A model generated the notes under the pieces. That model searched no databases and was not told where the DNA came from. It saw nothing but the letters and a program-made list of their open reading frames with translations. From positions 1 to 11,743 of the forward strand of contig CBFGJG010000054.1 of the NCBI GenBank assembly GCA_965649055.1: a stretch of 11,743 nucleotides of DNA. The letters are read 5' to 3'. Each line of letters opens with the position of its first letter. The first letter of the stretch is position 1. Positions 7,794 through 11,743 of the stretch are shown piece after piece. Made by a program: the position numbers and the translations under genes. Origin of the DNA: a candidate division WOR-3 bacterium. GTDB lineage: Bacteria > Hydrothermota > UBA3072 > B12-G15.

Positions 7794-9265
7794 TTCAATT
7801 CAACATTAATGAATAAGGTTTCTCCACCTTTTAAATATATTTCTTTTGACCATTCATTATATTTTGGATTTGTTATTGTGAGTCTGTGAACACCCGGTGT
7901 TAATCTTATCGGTGTAATTGGTGTCATTCCTTTATTTTCACCATCAACAAAGACATAGCCCCAAGGTTTAACATTAAGTTTTAAATAAGAAAATTTGAGA
8001 ACTTCCTGTATTTTTGTCGTGTCATCTGATTTTATCGTAATCTTTTTATCTATAAAAAATCCTTCACCACTTACTAATCTGATAAAATAATCACCTGTTT
8101 TCATCTTTAAATTTTCTGTAATTGGGGTCGTTTTAAAAAAATTGTTATTAATAAAGACTTCACCATCTCCTTTTATATCAAAAGAAACATACCCTGAATC
8201 TTCCTGGATTTTGACCTCTTTTAGAATTTTAACATCTTTGTTCAATTTTTTCTCTTCAATTACCGGAACGGATTCAGATATTACTTCCCGTTCTATTTTT
8301 TTTTCAAATTCTTCTTTTTTATTAATAACGAAATCCTTTTTTTTCATAAATTTATCAATAAAAAAAGAAGTTATAACAAGAATAACTAATATTATCAACA
8401 TATAAACAAATGAATAGTTACTTTCTTTCTTGATTTTTTCACTATCTTTTAGCTCAATCTTCTGATCAAGCCATAGAATTAGCTCTTTTTTATTTGAAGA
8501 CTTAAATTCATTAATTTTTTTTATGATTTCCCCAAAATCTTTAATCCTGTTTTCTGGACTCTTCGATATACATCTAAATATGAAATCATTTAAATCCTCA
8601 TCTATGTTTAATTTTTCAGGTTCTGTATAAAGTATCCTGTTTATAGTCTCGAAAGGTGTTTTTGCTTCAAATGGATTATTTCCAGAAATTATCTCATAAA
8701 GAAATACACCATAGGAAAATACATCAGATTTTGGAGAATACTTTCCTCCGCTCAAAACTTCAGGTGCAATATATGCAGGTGTTCCTATATACACTCCTGG
8801 GTCTGTAAATCTTGTTCCTTCCTCGTAAGCTAAACCAAAATCAAGAATTTTTGCAGTTCCATTTTTAGAAATAATTACATTTGAAGGCTTGATATCACGA
8901 TGAATAATACCATTTCTGTGCGCATAATTTATACCTTTAGCAACCTGTCTTCCAATATTTAGACATATGCTTAAAGGAATCTTCCTTTTCCTGATTATAT
9001 CTCCAAGATTCTCACCATCTATGAATTCAAGTATTAAAAAATAGTCGTTCTCTATCTTCTCGAAGGAGATAAATCTTATTATATTTGGATGTTTCAATCT
9101 TTTTAATACCTCTGCTTCCCTCCTGAATCTTTTAATAAATGCTTTATCTTCTGAAAGATGTGTGTGAAGCTTCTTTATAACAACATCTATGTCATTGTAT
9201 CTTCCTTTATATACAGTTGACATACCTCCAACTGCTATTTTTTCAAAGAATATTATATCTTTCAT
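7790..9265 (-). CDS. Hanks-type transmembrane Ser/Thr protein kinase with two C-terminal PEGA-like repeats
   Basis: AVGGMSTVY loop, K31, E50 (RFRREA), HRDIKPSN, DFG, GTPAYIAPE, SDVFSYG. TM at about aa 286-303. PEGA-like repeats (EVFINN..KTTP...GDYFIRL; LNVKPWGYVFVDG..KGMTP...PGVHRLTI). Confidence 0.95.
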   Translation of the reverse strand: MKDIIFFEKIAVGGMSTVYKGRYNDIDVVIKKLHTHLSEDKAFIKRFRREAEVLKRLKHPNIIRFISFEKIENDYFLILEFIDGENLGDIIRKRKIPLSICLNIGRQVAKGINYAHRNGIIHRDIKPSNVIISKNGTAKILDFGLAYEEGTRFTDPGVYIGTPAYIAPEVLSGGKYSPKSDVFSYGVFLYEIISGNNPFEAKTPFETINRILYTEPEKLNIDEDLNDFIFRCISKSPENRIKDFGEIIKKINEFKSSNKKELILWLDQKIELKDSEKIKKESNYSFVYMLIILVILVITSFFIDKFMKKKDFVINKKEEFEKKIEREVISESVPVIEEKKLNKDVKILKEVKIQEDSGYVSFDIKGDGEVFINNNFFKTTPITENLKMKTGDYFIRLVSGEGFFIDKKITIKSDDTTKIQEVLKFSYLKLNVKPWGYVFVDGENKGMTPITPIRLTPGVHRLTITNPKYNEWSKEIYLKGGETLFINVELK

Positions 9266-9273
9266 TTTTTTAA

Positions 9274-9302
9274 ATTATATTTGAAATTTTAAAATTTTTC
9301 AA
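9274..9302 (-). promoter_or_regulatory. Putative sigma70-type promoter of the kinase gene (near-leaderless)
   Basis: TTGAAA (9302-9297), 17 bp, perfect TATAAT (9279-9274), 8 nt, ATG (9265); no SD. Confidence 0.65.
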
Positions 9303-9308
9303 TATTCT
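9281..9308 (+). promoter_or_regulatory. Putative sigma70-type promoter of the vWA gene (leaderless)
   Basis: TTGAAA (9281-9286), 16 bp, TATTCT (9303-9308), 6 nt, ATG (9315); no SD. Confidence 0.5.
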
Positions 9309-9314
9309 TTTTAT

Positions 9315-10841
9315 ATGAAAAATACAAGAAATTTTATAAAGATATTAATAGCAATATTAATTCTTTCTTTGCTGTTCAACTATGAAGCAAAGTTTTCAAA
9401 GAAGATAAAACCTTACGGTATACTGTTAATAGATGGTTCAAATTCTATGAATGGCTTAAAATTACCAGAGATTAAATCAAAATATAAATTAAAAAGATAC
9501 ATTTTTAATAAAGGTGATGAAAAAACGGAAATTGGGAATGCTATTTTGGAATATATAAAAAAATTCCCTGATGTTTCTTTTTTAATCCTCTTCTCTGATG
9601 GAAATAACAATTCAGGTATTGACCCTATTGATGTTGTAAAAAAAATAAACTTACCGGTTTATGTTTTGCTTCCTGAATTTACAGATATACCTGAGATAGT
9701 GATAAAGAATTACAAAGATTTTGTTAGAATCGGGGACACTTTGTATTTTTACATCAGTATTTCAAAAGGCAGTAGACTTACAATAAAAGATAATGAAAAA
9801 TGGAAACTAATCATGGATCTGAAAAAGGGCACTGAATACAAAGTTCCGTATTTTTCTCTCAATGAAGGTGAGAAAAACATATCTTTTATTTTTGAGTCGG
9901 ATAATTTCGCAGATACTATTTATAAAAGGATTACTTTTTTACCAAAAAAGAAATATTCAATTTATTATTCAAAGCCTGACTGGAATGTCAAATTCATAAA
10001 AAGAATTATTGAAGAAAAAGGTTTTATTAACTCAGAAAAAGGAGATATAAACATTTTTATAATGAATGAAAAAAATCAACAGCTTGAAAAAAAATTGAAA
10101 GATTTTTATAAAGAAAATATGAATATATTCATAATAATAACATATCAAAGTGATATCGGTTTTCTTCCTTTCAATAAATTCTCTATAAAAAAAGATACTA
10201 TCAGAGATGTTTTATTCGAATCACTACTCCCTTTTTTTACAATAAAAAATGCAAAGGAAATGAAGTATCTTAACACTACAATTGGTTATTTCAATGATGA
10301 TTACAAGATATTCCAAACAAGTATCATTGATTTATGGAAACTATCATTCACTATGAAATGCTTGGAAAATAAAGATTACCTAAATGAGATTTTTGACTCA
10401 GTTTTACTCTTTATGAACCTGAAAGATAAAGAGATTTTTTTAAAGGACACTGTAAACGCAGGTGAAGAATTTTATATATTTTCAAGGAATTTAAATAAAA
10501 AATATGTTCTGATCGATAATACAATTATACCTTTTGCTGAAACTATCCTTGTTTACCCTCTAAAAGAAGGAATCCACACAATAAAGTTTATAGGGAATGA
10601 TACCATAACAAAAAATATTTACGCCAAAAATCCTAAGGAAGAAAAAAAAGGGATAAACAGAATATTACTTGAAGAGATAATAAAAATCTCTGGTGGGAAA
10701 TTTGTTAATAATGAATTTAATGAAGTTTTGCCCATAAAAAATAAGGAAATAATTATTAATCTAAGACATTCAGTATTCATTTACTTATTTATTATATTTC
10801 TACTTTCTTTAAATTGGTATCTCTGGATGAAGGAAAGATAG
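9315..10841 (+). CDS. Membrane-anchored vWA (MIDAS) domain protein
   Basis: N-terminal TM/signal segment; LLIDGSNSM (D40-x-S42-x-S44), KTEIGNAI (T71), LILFSDGNNN (D95); later PDWNVKFIKR, LEEIIKISGGKF and a C-terminal TM ending LLSLNWYL. This resembles uncharacterised bacterial vWA membrane proteins. Confidence 0.8.
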   Translation: MKNTRNFIKILIAILILSLLFNYEAKFSKKIKPYGILLIDGSNSMNGLKLPEIKSKYKLKRYIFNKGDEKTEIGNAILEYIKKFPDVSFLILFSDGNNNSGIDPIDVVKKINLPVYVLLPEFTDIPEIVIKNYKDFVRIGDTLYFYISISKGSRLTIKDNEKWKLIMDLKKGTEYKVPYFSLNEGEKNISFIFESDNFADTIYKRITFLPKKKYSIYYSKPDWNVKFIKRIIEEKGFINSEKGDINIFIMNEKNQQLEKKLKDFYKENMNIFIIITYQSDIGFLPFNKFSIKKDTIRDVLFESLLPFFTIKNAKEMKYLNTTIGYFNDDYKIFQTSIIDLWKLSFTMKCLENKDYLNEIFDSVLLFMNLKDKEIFLKDTVNAGEEFYIFSRNLNKKYVLIDNTIIPFAETILVYPLKEGIHTIKFIGNDTITKNIYAKNPKEEKKGINRILLEEIIKISGGKFVNNEFNEVLPIKNKEIIINLRHSVFIYLFIIFLLSLNWYLWMKER

Positions 10842-11627
10842 GTATTTGAAGAAATCATCATTTACCTTAAGCCTTGCAGGAATAAAATATATATCTTTTT
10901 CATTTATCTTAACAATATCTTTTTCAGTTGTTATAATCCCTTCTGCACCAAGCTCGGAACACTTTTTTCTTATAAAATATAAATCTTTTTCAGTATAATG
11001 ATGGTGGTCAGGGAATTTGTAGAAGGCAATTAACTGATATCCATATTTTATAAGCAGATTCCTAAAGCCCTCAGGATTTCCAATACCACAGAAACCAATA
11101 ACTTTTTTTACTTTAGGGAGGTTAAAAGGTTCTATGTAAGACCTGAAAACAGGTATTTTAATATTTTTTAATAATGGAGAATCTTTACCCCTTTCAACTA
11201 CAACACATAAATCTGCAATATTGATATAAGATGGATTATCTCTTGGAAAAAGAAACGGTTTATCAGAATTAACCATTATTATATTTATATCTTTTTTTAA
11301 TCTTCTGTACTGGAAAGCATCGTCAAGTATGAAATTATTTATGGCAAACTCAGATTTCACAAATTCTATTGCCTCTTCCCTTCTCTTCCCTACAACAATT
11401 ATTGAATTTTTAAGCCTTCTTGCTAACAAAACTGGTTCATCACCGCATTCCAATGGTTCAGAAAGAAGTCTATATCCATCATAAACAAGTTTCAATTTAC
11501 CTTTAAGTCTTCCCCCATACCCGGAATGGATAATTGCAAATTTTTCTTTCATTCTTTCACCTAAAGCAATTGTCATCTGGGTTTTTCCTGTTCCACCAAA
11601 AACAATATTACCAATACTTATTATCAT
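10809..11627 (-). CDS. lpxK: Tetraacyldisaccharide 4'-kinase (lipid A 4'-kinase), N-terminally shortened
   Basis: IISIGNIVFGGTGKT P-loop, HSGYGG, GDEPVLLA, ILDDAFQ, FCGIGNPEGF, FPDHHHY and ITTEKD occur in LpxK order; 272 aa. Confidence 0.9.
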   Translation of the reverse strand: MIISIGNIVFGGTGKTQMTIALGERMKEKFAIIHSGYGGRLKGKLKLVYDGYRLLSEPLECGDEPVLLARRLKNSIIVVGKRREEAIEFVKSEFAINNFILDDAFQYRRLKKDINIIMVNSDKPFLFPRDNPSYINIADLCVVVERGKDSPLLKNIKIPVFRSYIEPFNLPKVKKVIGFCGIGNPEGFRNLLIKYGYQLIAFYKFPDHHHYTEKDLYFIRKKCSELGAEGIITTEKDIVKINEKDIYFIPARLKVNDDFFKYLSFLHPEIPI

Positions 11628-11633
11628 AATAAA

Positions 11634-11661
11634 ATAATAACCTGATTTTTATCTATGTCAA
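11634..11661 (-). promoter_or_regulatory. Putative sigma70-type promoter of lpxK (leaderless)
   Basis: Perfect TTGACA (11661-11656), 16 bp, TATTAT (11639-11634), 6 nt, ATG (11627); no SD. Confidence 0.65.
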
Positions 11662-11671
11662 AAGATAAAAA
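11646..11671. repeat. Perfect 9-bp inverted repeat TTTTTATCT-N8-AGATAAAAA
   Basis: Arms at 11646-11654 and 11663-11671; the 8-nt spacer contains the lpxK -35 box. Confidence 0.75.
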
Positions 11672-11743
11672 CGGGAAGATCAGGGACATGGTGGTACAAT
11701 TTATTATAATTAACATTTAAGTTTTGTCTAAAAATTTTATCAT

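Noticed and set aside
8142..8405. 87-aa plus-strand ORF
   Set aside because: Antisense shadow of the kinase gene.
7790..9265. Kinase as pseudokinase or part of an anti-phage kinase system
   Set aside because: Only the first Gly of the Gly-rich loop is changed; K31, E50, HRD, DFG and APE are intact. The TM-PEGA architecture and neighbours show no defence genes.
9413..9610. 65-aa minus-strand ORF
   Set aside because: Antisense to the MIDAS-encoding part of the vWA gene.
11688..11700. GGTGGTAC resembling a T-box, or CCACCA resembling a tRNA 3' end on the minus strand
   Set aside because: No T-box continuation (ACCGCG) or stem I, and no T-arm before the CCA.
11655..11720. 21-aa plus-strand ORF MSKDKNGKIRDMVVQFIIINI
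   Set aside because: No SD, overlaps the lpxK promoter, and too short to support.
11658..11741. Open minus-strand frame (DKIFRQ...LPVFIF*) as the missing LpxK N-terminus or the end of an upstream gene
   Set aside because: Same frame as lpxK but separated by two stops (TGA, TAA), with no clear LpxK similarity. It could be the tail of an upstream gene, which cannot be judged at the window edge.
1..11743. CRISPR array, IS element, tandem repeats or recoded genetic code
   Set aside because: No regularly spaced repeats or transposase seen. TAA, TAG and TGA all end full-length genes, consistent with the standard code.

Overview
An AT-rich (roughly 30% GC by eye), very densely packed bacterial chromosome segment from a probable LPS-making diderm, since it carries an lpxK-like gene. 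No mobile element, CRISPR array or defence island is visible. The minus strand carries a run from 9265 to the left edge: membrane Ser/Thr kinase with PEGA repeats, TPR-like partner, tRNA-Arg(CCT), YfgM-like membrane TPR protein, degenerate M24 peptidase-fold protein, rhomboid protease with a TPR-like tail, HD hydrolase, YfiM-like membrane protein, D-2-hydroxyacid dehydrogenase, uvrC, and a PaaI thioesterase cut by the edge and missing from the ORF track. A doubly membrane-anchored vWA protein is divergent from the kinase and converges on an N-terminally shortened lpxK. Most genes belong to known families. The most unusual observations are: (1) an M24 protein that has lost about 4 of 5 metal ligands, next to a rhomboid; (2) an LpxK lacking its N-terminal helix with altered lipid-pocket motifs; (3) a 49-bp symmetric bidirectional promoter that appears to give leaderless mRNAs both ways, plus a leaderless lpxK; (4) a tRNA that seems to head a protein-coding operon just upstream of a Shine-Dalgarno site. 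Any 'new system' reading (envelope signalling or membrane proteostasis) is inference from gene neighbourhood only.
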